A program made the translations under genes and the position numbers. Shown here one piece after another: positions 38,354-48,823 of a stretch of DNA of 64,000 nucleotides. The notes beneath the pieces were generated by a model that ran no database searches, was not told where the DNA came from, and was given only the letters and a program-made list of their open reading frames with translations. The DNA is from Desulfomonilia bacterium. Its GTDB lineage: Bacteria > Desulfobacterota > Desulfomonilia > UBA1062. How positions within the stretch are numbered: the first letter of the stretch is position 1; every line of letters begins with the position of its first letter. The DNA is taken from contig JBEKDT010000002.1 in NCBI GenBank assembly GCA_050014195.1, forward strand, positions 256,001 through 320,000. The letters are read 5' to 3'.

Positions 38354-39709
38354 TCAGATAAGGATTGTCAACGCCGTCTTCACATGGTCCCTGGCAATAA
38401 GGTCAATCCCCTTGTGCTGTGAGAGGGTATCCCGGTTGGCCTCGGGAATGATCGCCTGCGTGAAGCCCATCTTCCGTGCCTCCCGTATGCGCGACTCCAT
38501 ATGGCTTACCGGTCTGAGCTCGCCCGACAGACCGATCTCCCCGATAAAGACCGTCCCTTTGGGTACCGGCTTGTCAAAGGCGCTGGAGGCCACGGCCATG
38601 ACCAGGGCAAGATCAACCGCAGGCTCGGTAACCTTGAACCCGCCTGCGATGTTCACCACAATATCCGACTGTGCCAGAAAGATGCCTGCCCTCTTTTCAA
38701 GGACTGCCAGGAGAACGGTCAGCCTGGATAGGTCCGAGCCCATGGCGATCCTCCTGGGCATGCTGAATGTAGTCCGGCTTACCAGGGCCTGGACCTCGAC
38801 CACAAAGGCCCTGCTGCCCTCACATGTCGCCATGACGGCGCTGCCGGGCACCTCTCCGCCGAGTCCATGGATGAAAATGGCGGAAGGGTCCTTCACCTCA
38901 GAAAGCCCATCGGCCTTCATCTCGAACACACCGATCTCGCCGCTTGTACCAAAACGGTTCTTCACGGTACGTACAATCCGGTATGCCCCGGTATTGTCAC
39001 CCTCAAAGGAAAGCACGGTGTCCACCATGTGCTCCAGCATCTTGGGGCCGGCAATCCAGCCGTCCTTGGTCACATGGCCTACAATGAATACGGTTACACC
39101 CTTGCCCTTGGCGATCTCCATAAGCATACCGGCACAATGCCTTATCTGCGAGACACTTCCCGGCGGGGCGTCTATGGAACCGGAGAATATCGACTGGATG
39201 GAATCGATGATCACGACTTCACTTTTCAAAGCCTCGATCTCATCCCTGATCCTCTCAATGACCACCTCCGGGTATACCATGATGCTCTCAGTTGCGGTGC
39301 CCAGCCTTTGTGCACGCATCTTCAGCTGCGGGGCCGATTCCTCGCCGCTCACATAAAGCACGTTCATACGTAACGAGCCGAGTTTGTCTGCCATCTGGAG
39401 CATGAGCGTGGATTTGCCGATGCCGGGATCGCCGCCGATAAGCACGAACGAGCCTTCAACCACCCCTCCGCCGAGGACGCGGTCGAGCTCTGTAATGCCG
39501 CATTTCCTCCTAGAGGAATCCTTTGCCGTTATCTCATGCAGGGCAACGGGCCTGGTCTGGTTCGACATGCGGGCACTGACGATCTTTTCTTCTTCAATGA
39601 AGTCCTCTTCCAAGGTGTTCCAGAGGCCGCACTGGGTGCACCTCCCCATCCACTGAGGATGGGTAAACCCGCATGATGAGCAGCGAAAGACTTTTTTGGG
39701 CTTGGCCAT
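38354..39709 (-). CDS. radA: DNA repair protein RadA/Sms
   Basis: C4 zinc finger, GGDPGIGKSTL, KNRFG, Lon-like C-terminus. Confidence 0.98.
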   Translation of the reverse strand: MAKPKKVFRCSSCGFTHPQWMGRCTQCGLWNTLEEDFIEEEKIVSARMSNQTRPVALHEITAKDSSRRKCGITELDRVLGGGVVEGSFVLIGGDPGIGKSTLMLQMADKLGSLRMNVLYVSGEESAPQLKMRAQRLGTATESIMVYPEVVIERIRDEIEALKSEVVIIDSIQSIFSGSIDAPPGSVSQIRHCAGMLMEIAKGKGVTVFIVGHVTKDGWIAGPKMLEHMVDTVLSFEGDNTGAYRIVRTVKNRFGTSGEIGVFEMKADGLSEVKDPSAIFIHGLGGEVPGSAVMATCEGSRAFVVEVQALVSRTTFSMPRRIAMGSDLSRLTVLLAVLEKRAGIFLAQSDIVVNIAGGFKVTEPAVDLALVMAVASSAFDKPVPKGTVFIGEIGLSGELRPVSHMESRIREARKMGFTQAIIPEANRDTLSQHKGIDLIARDHVKTALTILI

Positions 39710-41406
39710 TACTGCTGGGTGACCCGCAAGACCTCTTCAATGGTTGTGATCCCGTCCTCTACCTTTCGTGCGCCGTCTTCCCTGAGTGTATGGAGCCCCT
39801 CGCTTACGGCCTGTTTCTTGATGATATTGGAATCGGAGGTCTTAAGGATAGTGGTCTTGATTGCATCGCTCACGGTCAGGATCTCATAGATGCCCGTCCT
39901 GCCCTTATAGCCGGTGCCCAGGCATTCTTTGCACCCGGCGCCCCTCCAGAGAAATCCATCCTTGCCAAGCATCTCCTGGGACAGTCCGATCTCCATGAGG
40001 GTCTCGCTCTCGGGGAAATACTGCTGTTTGCAGACAGGACAGATCTTGCGCGTAAGCCTTTGGGCGACAATGGCGTTCACCGATGAGGTCACCAGGAATG
40101 GCTCGATGCCCATGTCGATAAGCCTGGTTATGGCGCTGGATGCATCGTTGGTGTGCAGGGTGGAAAAGACCAGGTGACCGGTGAGTGCGGCCTGGATGGC
40201 GATTTCGGCGGTCTCCAGGTCGCGGATCTCGCCCACGAGGATGATATCCGGGTCCTGCCGCACGATGGACCGAAGGCCTGAGGCAAAGGTGAGTCCGACC
40301 TTGGCATTCACCGGTATCTGACCGATGCCCTTAAGCTGGTATTCGATGGGGTCTTCGATGGTGAGGATATTCTTGTCGGGCGAATTGACCTTGCTCAACA
40401 TTGAATACAGAGAAGTGGTCTTGCCTGAGCCCGTGGGCCCGGTCACCAAGATAATGCCGTGCTCCTGCGTGATGAAGTGCTCCATGATGGCAAGGTCATC
40501 GGCGTAGTACCCGAGTTCTTCGAGACCCATAAGGACGGAAGATTTGTCGAGAATCCTCATGACAACCCGCTCTCCGTTAACCGTGGGTACCAAGGAGATC
40601 CTCAGGTCTACCGAGTGGTCGCCGAGCTTGATGCCGATCCTGCCGTCCTGGGGAAGGCGCTTTTCGGCAATGTTCAGGGTGGCCATGACCTTGATGCGCG
40701 AGACCACTGCCGGATGGAGCCTCTTGGGGAGGTTTAAGACATCATGCAGGATGCCGTCTACCCTGAATCTGATCTTTACATCGTTCGGATACGGCTCGAC
40801 GTGGATATCGGAGGCGCGCTCGCGAAATGCCTGTACCATGAGCCGGTTCACGAGGCGGATGATGGGTGCCTCGGTCTCCATGGCCGTAATATCCTGGATG
40901 CTCTCCAGGTCTTTTAAGAATTCGTCTTCTTCCTCTTCGATGTCCCCCATGATGTCTTTGGCATTCTCATCCTTCATCTCTACCAGCCGGTTGATGGCAC
41001 CCAAGATCTCCTGTTTGGGGGCAAGGACCCTTTTAATATCCTTGAGGTGCAAAATGCGGGATATATCAAAAAATGCCTCTTGCTCTGAAGGGTCGTGTAC
41101 CGCCACCACCATGGTATCATGCAGGAGTTTCACCGGTACCATGGTGTATTTTCTAAGATAGTTCACCGGCAGCTTGTCAAGGACTGCAGGGTCCACCTCC
41201 AGCTCGCTGATGGTCTGTACCGAGGGAATATCCCACTGTTTCGAGAGAGCGCTTATCATCTCATGGTCGGTGAGAGCCCCTGTAAGGACAAGGGCATCCT
41301 TCAAGCGAATACCACGCTCGGAAACAATCGCCCTGGCCTTCTCTATCGACTCTCCATCCAAAAGATGCATATCGAGCAGTACATGCTCAAGGCTTGTTCT
41401 TGTCAT
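39709..41406 (-). CDS. gspE: Type II secretion ATPase
   Basis: ASDIHVEP, AEKRLPQDGRI, GPTGSGKTT, RQDPDIILVGEIRD, TGHLVFSTLH, CxxC pairs. Confidence 0.95.
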   Translation of the reverse strand: MTRTSLEHVLLDMHLLDGESIEKARAIVSERGIRLKDALVLTGALTDHEMISALSKQWDIPSVQTISELEVDPAVLDKLPVNYLRKYTMVPVKLLHDTMVVAVHDPSEQEAFFDISRILHLKDIKRVLAPKQEILGAINRLVEMKDENAKDIMGDIEEEEDEFLKDLESIQDITAMETEAPIIRLVNRLMVQAFRERASDIHVEPYPNDVKIRFRVDGILHDVLNLPKRLHPAVVSRIKVMATLNIAEKRLPQDGRIGIKLGDHSVDLRISLVPTVNGERVVMRILDKSSVLMGLEELGYYADDLAIMEHFITQEHGIILVTGPTGSGKTTSLYSMLSKVNSPDKNILTIEDPIEYQLKGIGQIPVNAKVGLTFASGLRSIVRQDPDIILVGEIRDLETAEIAIQAALTGHLVFSTLHTNDASSAITRLIDMGIEPFLVTSSVNAIVAQRLTRKICPVCKQQYFPESETLMEIGLSQEMLGKDGFLWRGAGCKECLGTGYKGRTGIYEILTVSDAIKTTILKTSDSNIIKKQAVSEGLHTLREDGARKVEDGITTIEEVLRVTQQ

Positions 41407-43612
41407 TTTCCTTTCCCTTTACTGAAGTATCCAGGTTTTTCTCAATCTGTTCAGCCTCGTTGCTCTTCTCCCTGTAAAGGGCCTGTGACTTTTCATTCGT
41501 GTCGAGGATGTAGGGGGTGAGGAAGATATAGAGATTGGTCTTCGCACGGCTTCTGCTTATCGATTTGAAGAGATAGCCCAGAATTGGTATGTCTCCTAAC
41601 AGCGGCACCCGGGAATTGCCCAGCGTGAGGGTATCGCCGATCAGGCCGCCTATGACCATGGTGTAACCTTCATGAATTGTAACTGTAGCGCTGGCGGAGC
41701 GTTTCAATGTTGTTGGCGCGAAATCCTGAGCGCTCGTTGTACTTGATACAAGACTTGAACTTTCCGCGAAGAGCTTCAGCCGGATATCGCCCTGCTGATT
41801 GATCTGGGGTGTAAGCTTTAGATCAACGCCGACATCCCGATAATCATACGTGCGCTGTGTATTGTTGAGGTTACTCGAGTCGGTGTATGTATTCGTAAGA
41901 TAAGGGACATTGGAGCCCACTTTGATCTCGGCCTCCTGATTGTCCATGGTGAGGATCTGGGGCGTTGAAATGACGTTTACATCCGTATCGGTGGCCATGC
42001 CATTAATGAAGGCGGCCATGTTGGGGAATGTGAGCGTAGTGCTGCCTTGTTTGACAGTGATTTCCTGGCCTATGACACCCAGCAATGCGCCGGTCGGAAT
42101 GTTGGTTGTGCTGTTGATGAAGCTGCTCGCGGTTGTCCCAACGACCGCCCCTGTCTTGTTGCTGCTGTCATAATTGAAACTTGCGGCATAGTTCCACTCA
42201 ACCCCGAAATTCAGATCATGGGTAGTGTTCACCTCCATGATCAGCGCCTTTACATAGACCTGCTTCCGGGGGATATCGAGATACTTGATGGTCTCCAACA
42301 GGCTTTTGTAAGCATAAGGATCGGCATAGATGATAAGCGAGTTCGTCTCCTTGTCCGGGCTGATCTTGATGTTCTGCTCTTTTAAAGCGGGGTTCTGGGT
42401 CATCTTGGGCACCACCGGTTGTGCCCCTTTCTGGGCGCCCTGTCCGGCCTGTGGTGTTACCGGGGCCTCAGGATTTTCGGGAGTGGGTATCTCGGTTAAG
42501 ACCTTCGCCATGTCCTCTGCCTTGGCATACTGGAGATAGTAGACATGGATGTCTTCCTTCCCCGAGGGTGTGGGGATATCGAGCTTTTTGATGAGCTCTT
42601 CGATGCCGCCGAGGTCAGGTGGGGGTGCCATGACAATGAGGGAGTTTGTCCTCTCATAGGGGATGATCTTTGTTGTTGTCTTCGAACCGACATTCTCGGT
42701 AGGCTGGCGTAGCGCCCTCAACCTCTGCGCTTCATCCCCCTTACCCTCGGAGAGGATATCGTTTAGTTTAGAGGCCAGGTCCGTTGCCGAAGCGTAGGTG
42801 AGGGGGAATATTTTTACTTCCTGGGCAAAGCCCGCCATGTCGACCACCTTCAGGATATCCAGGATCTTCTTTATATTGCTCTTGGTATCCGTGACGATCA
42901 GCACATTGCTCTGGGGGTACGACAGGAGCTGGGACGAGGTCTTTGACATGAGCGGTGACAACAGATTTCTCATATCGTTGGCATCCGCAAATTTAAGCTG
43001 GATGATCTGTGTAATCATGGTATCGTCCCTCAGCATGGGCGGTTCCATGGTGGTCTCCAGGCTCTTGGTGATGGCATCGGAGGATCTGACAATCTTGATC
43101 ACCCCGCCCATCTCCACGGTACCGAAACCGTTCACCTCCAATACACTCAAGAATACCCGGTAGGCCTCATCAAGGGTCATCTTTCTCGGAGAGATCACCG
43201 TCACTTTTCCCGTGACCTTATCGTCAATGATGAAGTTTTTACCTGTGATGTCTGCGATGAATTTGATGAAAACCTTTATGTCCACACCATCGAAATCCAT
43301 GGTTATGAACTGCCCCCCGGAATCCGCAGTGTTCTTTGTTTTCGGCTGTCTTGTCGGTTGCGCAACTGAAGATGCAGGTGTCTTGTTTTGTAAAGTGGAG
43401 TTGGGTAGGTATGTACCCGGACCCTGGTCATCCGAATTCATATTCATCTTTGCAGGGCTTGGCGTATTGGTCTGGGCGGTATTCGTGCTCTGGGTGGTCT
43501 GTTTCTGAACGGGCAAAGTCCCATCATCCTGGATGAGACGGGCTCCCCACAATACGGAGAAGCACACAAGCAAGATCAGAACCGCAAGAGAAATGACCTT
43601 GTGTATATCCAT
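41387..43612 (-). CDS. gspD: Type II secretion secretin
   Basis: DFDGVDIKVFIKFIADITGKNF N0 domain, LDIPRKQVYVKALIMEV, VPLLGDIPILGYLF. Confidence 0.95.
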   Translation of the reverse strand: MDIHKVISLAVLILLVCFSVLWGARLIQDDGTLPVQKQTTQSTNTAQTNTPSPAKMNMNSDDQGPGTYLPNSTLQNKTPASSVAQPTRQPKTKNTADSGGQFITMDFDGVDIKVFIKFIADITGKNFIIDDKVTGKVTVISPRKMTLDEAYRVFLSVLEVNGFGTVEMGGVIKIVRSSDAITKSLETTMEPPMLRDDTMITQIIQLKFADANDMRNLLSPLMSKTSSQLLSYPQSNVLIVTDTKSNIKKILDILKVVDMAGFAQEVKIFPLTYASATDLASKLNDILSEGKGDEAQRLRALRQPTENVGSKTTTKIIPYERTNSLIVMAPPPDLGGIEELIKKLDIPTPSGKEDIHVYYLQYAKAEDMAKVLTEIPTPENPEAPVTPQAGQGAQKGAQPVVPKMTQNPALKEQNIKISPDKETNSLIIYADPYAYKSLLETIKYLDIPRKQVYVKALIMEVNTTHDLNFGVEWNYAASFNYDSSNKTGAVVGTTASSFINSTTNIPTGALLGVIGQEITVKQGSTTLTFPNMAAFINGMATDTDVNVISTPQILTMDNQEAEIKVGSNVPYLTNTYTDSSNLNNTQRTYDYRDVGVDLKLTPQINQQGDIRLKLFAESSSLVSSTTSAQDFAPTTLKRSASATVTIHEGYTMVIGGLIGDTLTLGNSRVPLLGDIPILGYLFKSISRSRAKTNLYIFLTPYILDTNEKSQALYREKSNEAEQIEKNLDTSVKGKENDKNKP

Positions 43613-43628
43613 TATCCCCCCTTATACA

Positions 43629-44348
43629 TCACTGCGCGCGAATGATTCCCTTGAAATCCTTATCTTCCTTGAGCGAAGCCAAATCGGGATCGCGGCCCGC
43701 CCAAAGCCTTGCCTCCGGCTGCATGCTGCAAGCCTGGCGCAAAGATGATAGCGCTGCATCCTTCTTCTTTAGTCTCGCATAGGCACAAGCCATGTTGTAG
43801 ATCGGCTCCACATAGTCCATCGAGTTTCTTCGAGCCTGGATGAAATAGTTAAGCGCCTTTGCAGGATCTCCTTTAGCTAATAGCACACTTCCTATATTAT
43901 TCAATAACCGTGCATCGTTCGGCTTAAGTTTTCTGGCGCTCGAATAGGTTTCAAACGCCTTATCATAAAGCTTGGTTTCATAATAGATGCTTCCAAGCTT
44001 CAGATACGCCTCAGCCAACCCTGGAGATAAAGAGATGATCTGCGTATATACATCGATAGCCCTCAGCATCTCACCCTTGGTATGCAGCCTCTCGGCCTTA
44101 TTCATGAGGTCCATGATCCGTTCAGGGTTTGCCTGCGGCTGCTTAATGACCTGCAGGGGCACAGTCCTGGCCTTACCCACGACACCGACTCCGTAGAGTA
44201 AGGCCGTGGTGGCTGCCGAGCTGATGAGTATGGCCGCGGCTAAGATCCAGAAGATTCTGCGCGCCTGGATGCCTTGGGGTGCATGGGCGCCGGATGCAAC
44301 GGGCCTGTTCACCTGGGTTCTCTTAAGGGCCTCATATATGGAGCTCAT
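43629..44348 (-). CDS. Membrane-anchored TPR protein (ExeB/GspB position)
   Basis: MSSIYEALKR N-terminus typical of GspB-like genes, one TM, TPR repeats, YNMACAYA. Confidence 0.8.
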   Translation of the reverse strand: MSSIYEALKRTQVNRPVASGAHAPQGIQARRIFWILAAAILISSAATTALLYGVGVVGKARTVPLQVIKQPQANPERIMDLMNKAERLHTKGEMLRAIDVYTQIISLSPGLAEAYLKLGSIYYETKLYDKAFETYSSARKLKPNDARLLNNIGSVLLAKGDPAKALNYFIQARRNSMDYVEPIYNMACAYARLKKKDAALSSLRQACSMQPEARLWAGRDPDLASLKEDKDFKGIIRAQ

Positions 44349-45901
44349 TTGGCACCTTCCGAGATGCTCCGCAAAAGCACCATGGTCTCCGGTCCTGCAA
44401 CACCGTCCCTCCTGAGCCCGAAGGCCTCCTGGAATTTCTCCACGCCCTGTGAGGTCTCAACCCCGTAGACGCCGTCAGGGGTGATGGAGAGCATGCCGAG
44501 GCGGGTAAGAACATTTTGTATCTTTTCCACGTCGTTACCGGTCATATCAAGGCTGTACACGATCTCGTGCAACGGTTTAGCATAGGGGACCATAATATTC
44601 CAGCGGTAGAGGCTTATAAATTCATTCATGGGGATTTCGATTATTGCCCGCTTCATACCTACAACCCGGACGAATGAGGCATCTGCTTTGAGCATGACGA
44701 GATATCCCCCGTCCATTGAGACTATTGCCGGGGATGGGAGATACTTGAGATATTCCGGCTGGGGATGAAGATTCAATGCATCGGGCCCGGCAAGTCCTTC
44801 CGGCAGCTGGCTTAAGATATCAAGGGCAGCGTTATAATCCGGCATTATCCAATCCTTGGAGTTATGCTTCGGCACTGTGTGGACCGGTGCAGCCGCATTC
44901 CGGTCCGCTTCAAGTGCAACCGAGGCCTCCTGGATTGCCGGCATTATCTTCTCATCTTTGGCGCTTACCTTAGTGCCCACCATCTCGGAGAGGTGTGAAA
45001 AGAATGCGGGCCAGAGGATGACAGCCGCTAGAACAGCCAGGGCGCTGAGCACCGGCACGATGTATGCGGGCTTGATCCTGCGTTTCGTGTAGTTTCCTTC
45101 AAGCTCGTGGATGGCACTTGATACTATTCGTGCAGTAATCCGTTTTGTGGACCGTAAATATGCAATGAGCAGCGAGCGCTCCGCAACCGCATTGATCTTC
45201 CTTGGTATGCCTTGGGAATAGCGATAAATGAGTCTCAATGCCAAGGCTGAAAAGGTGATATCTCCGTGGGAGCCCGATATAATGAGCCGGTGAATAATAT
45301 AACTCTTCGTGTCCAAGAGGCTCAAGGCCCAGATGTGGTATCGCAGTACGATTCGATCATTGATCTGTTTCATGGCAGGTGATGCCAGGAGCTTTACGAG
45401 CTCGGGCTGGCCGACAAGCACGATCTGGAGAAGTTTCTCCTTCTCAGTCTCGAGGTTCGAGAGCATGCGGATCTGCTCCAGGACGTCAGGCGAGAGGTTT
45501 TGACACTCGTCGATTATGAGCACGGCATTCTCGCCTGCGATAAACACATTGATGAGAAATTCATAGAGCTCATCGAGCAAGGCCTTTTTGGAGGTATGTG
45601 ATGCATTGATGCCGAAATCCTGGTTGATGGTCTGAAGGAGCTCGATGTCTGAAAGGGCAGGATTCAATATAAGCGCCGTACGAACCGTTTTGGGCAGGTT
45701 TCCAAGCAGGGCCCTGCATATGGTAGTCTTGCCGGCGCCCACCTCTCCGGTGATCATTATGAAGCCTTTGCGCTGGTCTATCCCGTAGCGAAGGTATGAT
45801 AACGACTCCTCGTGCGCCTTGGACAGAAAGAGGAACTTCGGGTCCGGGGTTACATTGAAAGGGTTCTCTGATAGACCGAAGAATTTCTCAAACATACTCA
45901 T
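44345..45901 (-). CDS. gspA: ExeA/GspA AAA ATPase with peptidoglycan-binding domain
   Basis: FGLSENPF.VTPDP.F, GEVGAGKTT, IDECQNL, LVGQPEL, C-terminal DGVYG.ET...FQ...GL..DGVAGPET. Confidence 0.9.
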   Translation of the reverse strand: MSMFEKFFGLSENPFNVTPDPKFLFLSKAHEESLSYLRYGIDQRKGFIMITGEVGAGKTTICRALLGNLPKTVRTALILNPALSDIELLQTINQDFGINASHTSKKALLDELYEFLINVFIAGENAVLIIDECQNLSPDVLEQIRMLSNLETEKEKLLQIVLVGQPELVKLLASPAMKQINDRIVLRYHIWALSLLDTKSYIIHRLIISGSHGDITFSALALRLIYRYSQGIPRKINAVAERSLLIAYLRSTKRITARIVSSAIHELEGNYTKRRIKPAYIVPVLSALAVLAAVILWPAFFSHLSEMVGTKVSAKDEKIMPAIQEASVALEADRNAAAPVHTVPKHNSKDWIMPDYNAALDILSQLPEGLAGPDALNLHPQPEYLKYLPSPAIVSMDGGYLVMLKADASFVRVVGMKRAIIEIPMNEFISLYRWNIMVPYAKPLHEIVYSLDMTGNDVEKIQNVLTRLGMLSITPDGVYGVETSQGVEKFQEAFGLRRDGVAGPETMVLLRSISEGAK

Positions 45902-45919
45902 CCGCTCCCGGCCATACCG

Positions 45920-46777
45920 TCACTTGAGCGGCACGCTTAACGTGGTGGTTGTGCCTTGCCGTTCGATCTCCATTTGCACGTTTGTATTGTTCTGGAGCTC
46001 CTGGTAGGCACTCAGTGCATCCTGCGGGGTGCGGATAGGGACGCCGTTGATGGACTTGATGATATCGCCTGTACGTACACCAAGTTCGTAGATCTTTGCC
46101 CCTTCCGCCACATCGCTCACCCTGAACCCATAGGGCTGACCTCCGCGGTAGTAGGGGACCACCCTGGCGTTCCCGAGAAGCTGGTCCATGTTTTTCATGG
46201 CCTCCGGGATCCCGCCGGCGTTCGCCGATGAGGATGCCCCGGCGGATCGAGGTCTCCTGGGCTCCCTCCCCATTCCTGCCCTGGATGCGAGACCCTGCCC
46301 GGACTTTGTCTCTTCCACCACGAGCATCTGCTGCTGGCCGTTCACATCCATTATTACCTTGTTTCTGAATATTGCAATGAGCCTTGCCCCTTTGACGGTA
46401 TCGCCGATCCGGTAGAGCTTCTGATCGTTCGACTCTTCGATGATGGCCCGGGCGATCTCGCTGGGACCGGTTATGGTGCCTCTGAGGGCAAGTCCCATTT
46501 CAGCGAGCGGTCTTTCCACATCACCCGTGATTGATTGCCCCTGACCCGCCGGACCCGCCTTGGCAACCTTGAGGAGGTCCCGGGTTGTGATGACCTCGTA
46601 GGTATTCCTGGTCTTTGGCTGTTTGTTGTGGTGTATGCTTGCCACCTCGGTCACCTTTTGGGGACGCGGGGGTTCATAGAGGATATGGCCTATGATGGCG
46701 GTGATAATCCCGGCTATCACCCATACGAACAAGGTGATCATTACAATTGCGGCGATCAGCTTATAGCGTTTGTCCAT
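45920..46777 (-). CDS. gspC: Type II secretion protein C with PDZ domain
   Basis: N-terminal TM, LRGTI...AII...QKLYRIGD HR domain, G.RTGDIIKSING PDZ. Confidence 0.85.
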   Translation of the reverse strand: MDKRYKLIAAIVMITLFVWVIAGIITAIIGHILYEPPRPQKVTEVASIHHNKQPKTRNTYEVITTRDLLKVAKAGPAGQGQSITGDVERPLAEMGLALRGTITGPSEIARAIIEESNDQKLYRIGDTVKGARLIAIFRNKVIMDVNGQQQMLVVEETKSGQGLASRAGMGREPRRPRSAGASSSANAGGIPEAMKNMDQLLGNARVVPYYRGGQPYGFRVSDVAEGAKIYELGVRTGDIIKSINGVPIRTPQDALSAYQELQNNTNVQMEIERQGTTTTLSVPLK

Positions 46778-46784
46778 CTATTCC

Positions 46785-48803
46785 CTAGACCTTGTCGAAT
46801 CCGGAGAACCTCATAGAAAAGCTCCCCCTTCCACGGGTCAATGATCTAAGAACGGTTGAATAGCCGAAGGTGTTCGAGAGGGGTACATATGCCTTTACCT
46901 GGTGATATTTCCCCTTGGTGATAACACCTTCGATGCTGGCCTTCCTGGACGATAGATCACCCACAACATCTCCCACATAGTCTTCAGGTGAAAGTGCGTC
47001 AAGCTCCATGATGGGTTCAAGCTGGACCACGCCTGATTTTTTCATGGCATCCTGGAGCGCCATCTGAGTGGCAATTTTAAGGCCTTGCCCGGTGGTCTTG
47101 TCGGTGAGGGCAACCTTGTCCACGTGCACATGAATGTCCACCACCTCGTAACCATATTCCGGATCCGCCAGGCAAGCCTCCTCAAGGCCGTTCATGACAT
47201 GCCCCTTCAAGCCGTCTTCAAGGGCCTGGTCCACGATGAACATATTGCCGCTGCCTCTCTTGGCGGGTTTTATGTTCAGCTCCACATGGCCGTAATGGGC
47301 AGTCTCACCGATGAGTTTGTCAAAGATCTTCTCGGCCTGAGACGGCTTATCGATGGTGGCGCAATAGAGCACCTGGGGCTTGCCCACATTGATGTCCACT
47401 CCAAAGGCGGTCTTGAAGCGATCGAGGGCGATCTCAAGGTGAAGCTCTCCCATACCTGCAAGTATGACCTGGCCGGTATCCGGATCTTCATGCACCTTGA
47501 TGGTGGGGTCTTCCTCCATGATCTTGCGCATGGCATCCAAGAGACGCTCGGATGATTCCGATGTCTTGGGTTCAATGGCTACCGATATGACGGGTTTCTG
47601 AACATCGATAGCCTCAAGGACCAGTGATTCACCCTCGGATGCAATGGTGTCGCCAGTTACGGAATCCTTCATGCCCACTGCTGCAACGATGTCGCCTGCA
47701 GAGGCCTGCTCAATGCGCTGCTTTTGGTGTGCATGCATGGAGAAGAGACGTGCGATCTTCTCGGACACCTCCCGGGTGGTATTGTATACCTCATCACCCA
47801 CATGGAGCATGCCGGAATATATTCTCAAATATACCATCCTCCTGCCCTCATCCATGTACACCTTGAATACATATGCGACAAGAGGCCCTTTGGGGTCCGG
47901 ATGGATGGGGACCTCTTCGAGAGTTTTCTTTACATGGGCGGTTACAGGCCTCACTTCCAGCGGCGAAGGCAGGTAGTCGATCACGGCATCGATCAGGGGC
48001 TGGATTCCCTTGTTCTTCAGTGCGGAGCCGCACAACACAGGCACAAGTGTGCCGTCAATGGCGGTTTTGCGAATGGCCTGCTTTATCTTTTTCTCATCCG
48101 GCTTCTCGCCTGCAAGAAACTTCTCCATGATCTCGTCGTCAAAGTCGGCAAGTTTCTCCAGCATCTTCTCCCGTGCAAGGGCTGCCTCCTGGAGGTGATC
48201 TTCAGGGACCTCAGAAGCCACAAAATTGGCCCCAAGGGTGTCATCGTCCCATACAAGCCTTTGCATGGAGACAAGATCGATCACCCCTTTAAAGGTGTCC
48301 CCCTCATAATAAGGGATCTGGATAGGCAGCGGTGTCACCTCCAGCCGGGTCTTGATCTGACCCAATACGGCATTGAAGTCGGCACCGGGACGGTCCAGTT
48401 TGTTGATAAAGGCCATGGCAGACACATGGTATTTTCTGGACTGCTGCCAGACGGTCTCGGTCTGGGCTTCTACGCCTCCTACGGCGCAAAGGATCACCAC
48501 CGCCCCGTCGAGTACCCGTAATGAGCGCTCCACCTCGATGGTGAAGTCGACATGGCCGGGTGTGTCGATGATGTGGATGTCGTGGTTGTTCCATTCACAG
48601 GTAGTCACCGCAGAGGTTATCGTGATGCCGCGCTCCTGCTCCTGCGGCATCCAGTCCATAGTGGCCTGGCCGTCGTGTACCTCGCCCATGCGGTGGATCT
48701 TGCCGGTATAGAAGAGCACACGTTCCGTTACTGTGGTCTTGCCGGCATCGATATGGGCTACGAAACCGATGTTCCTCACCCTGGCCAGATTCCTTGTTTT
48801 CAT
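46785..48803 (-). CDS. fusA: Elongation factor G paralogue (outside the str operon)
   Basis: RNIGFVAHIDAGKTT, QERGITITSA, DTPGHVDF, NKLDR, EEDPT, GMGELHLE, LRSLTRGRG. Confidence 0.93.
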   Translation of the reverse strand: MKTRNLARVRNIGFVAHIDAGKTTVTERVLFYTGKIHRMGEVHDGQATMDWMPQEQERGITITSAVTTCEWNNHDIHIIDTPGHVDFTIEVERSLRVLDGAVVILCAVGGVEAQTETVWQQSRKYHVSAMAFINKLDRPGADFNAVLGQIKTRLEVTPLPIQIPYYEGDTFKGVIDLVSMQRLVWDDDTLGANFVASEVPEDHLQEAALAREKMLEKLADFDDEIMEKFLAGEKPDEKKIKQAIRKTAIDGTLVPVLCGSALKNKGIQPLIDAVIDYLPSPLEVRPVTAHVKKTLEEVPIHPDPKGPLVAYVFKVYMDEGRRMVYLRIYSGMLHVGDEVYNTTREVSEKIARLFSMHAHQKQRIEQASAGDIVAAVGMKDSVTGDTIASEGESLVLEAIDVQKPVISVAIEPKTSESSERLLDAMRKIMEEDPTIKVHEDPDTGQVILAGMGELHLEIALDRFKTAFGVDINVGKPQVLYCATIDKPSQAEKIFDKLIGETAHYGHVELNIKPAKRGSGNMFIVDQALEDGLKGHVMNGLEEACLADPEYGYEVVDIHVHVDKVALTDKTTGQGLKIATQMALQDAMKKSGVVQLEPIMELDALSPEDYVGDVVGDLSSRKASIEGVITKGKYHQVKAYVPLSNTFGYSTVLRSLTRGRGSFSMRFSGFDKV

Positions 48804-48823
48804 CGGACTGCTCACACTCCCTA

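Noticed and set aside
38298-41520. Long + strand ORFs opposite radA/gspE and similar shadow ORFs elsewhere
   Set aside because: Antisense shadows of well-conserved GC-rich genes
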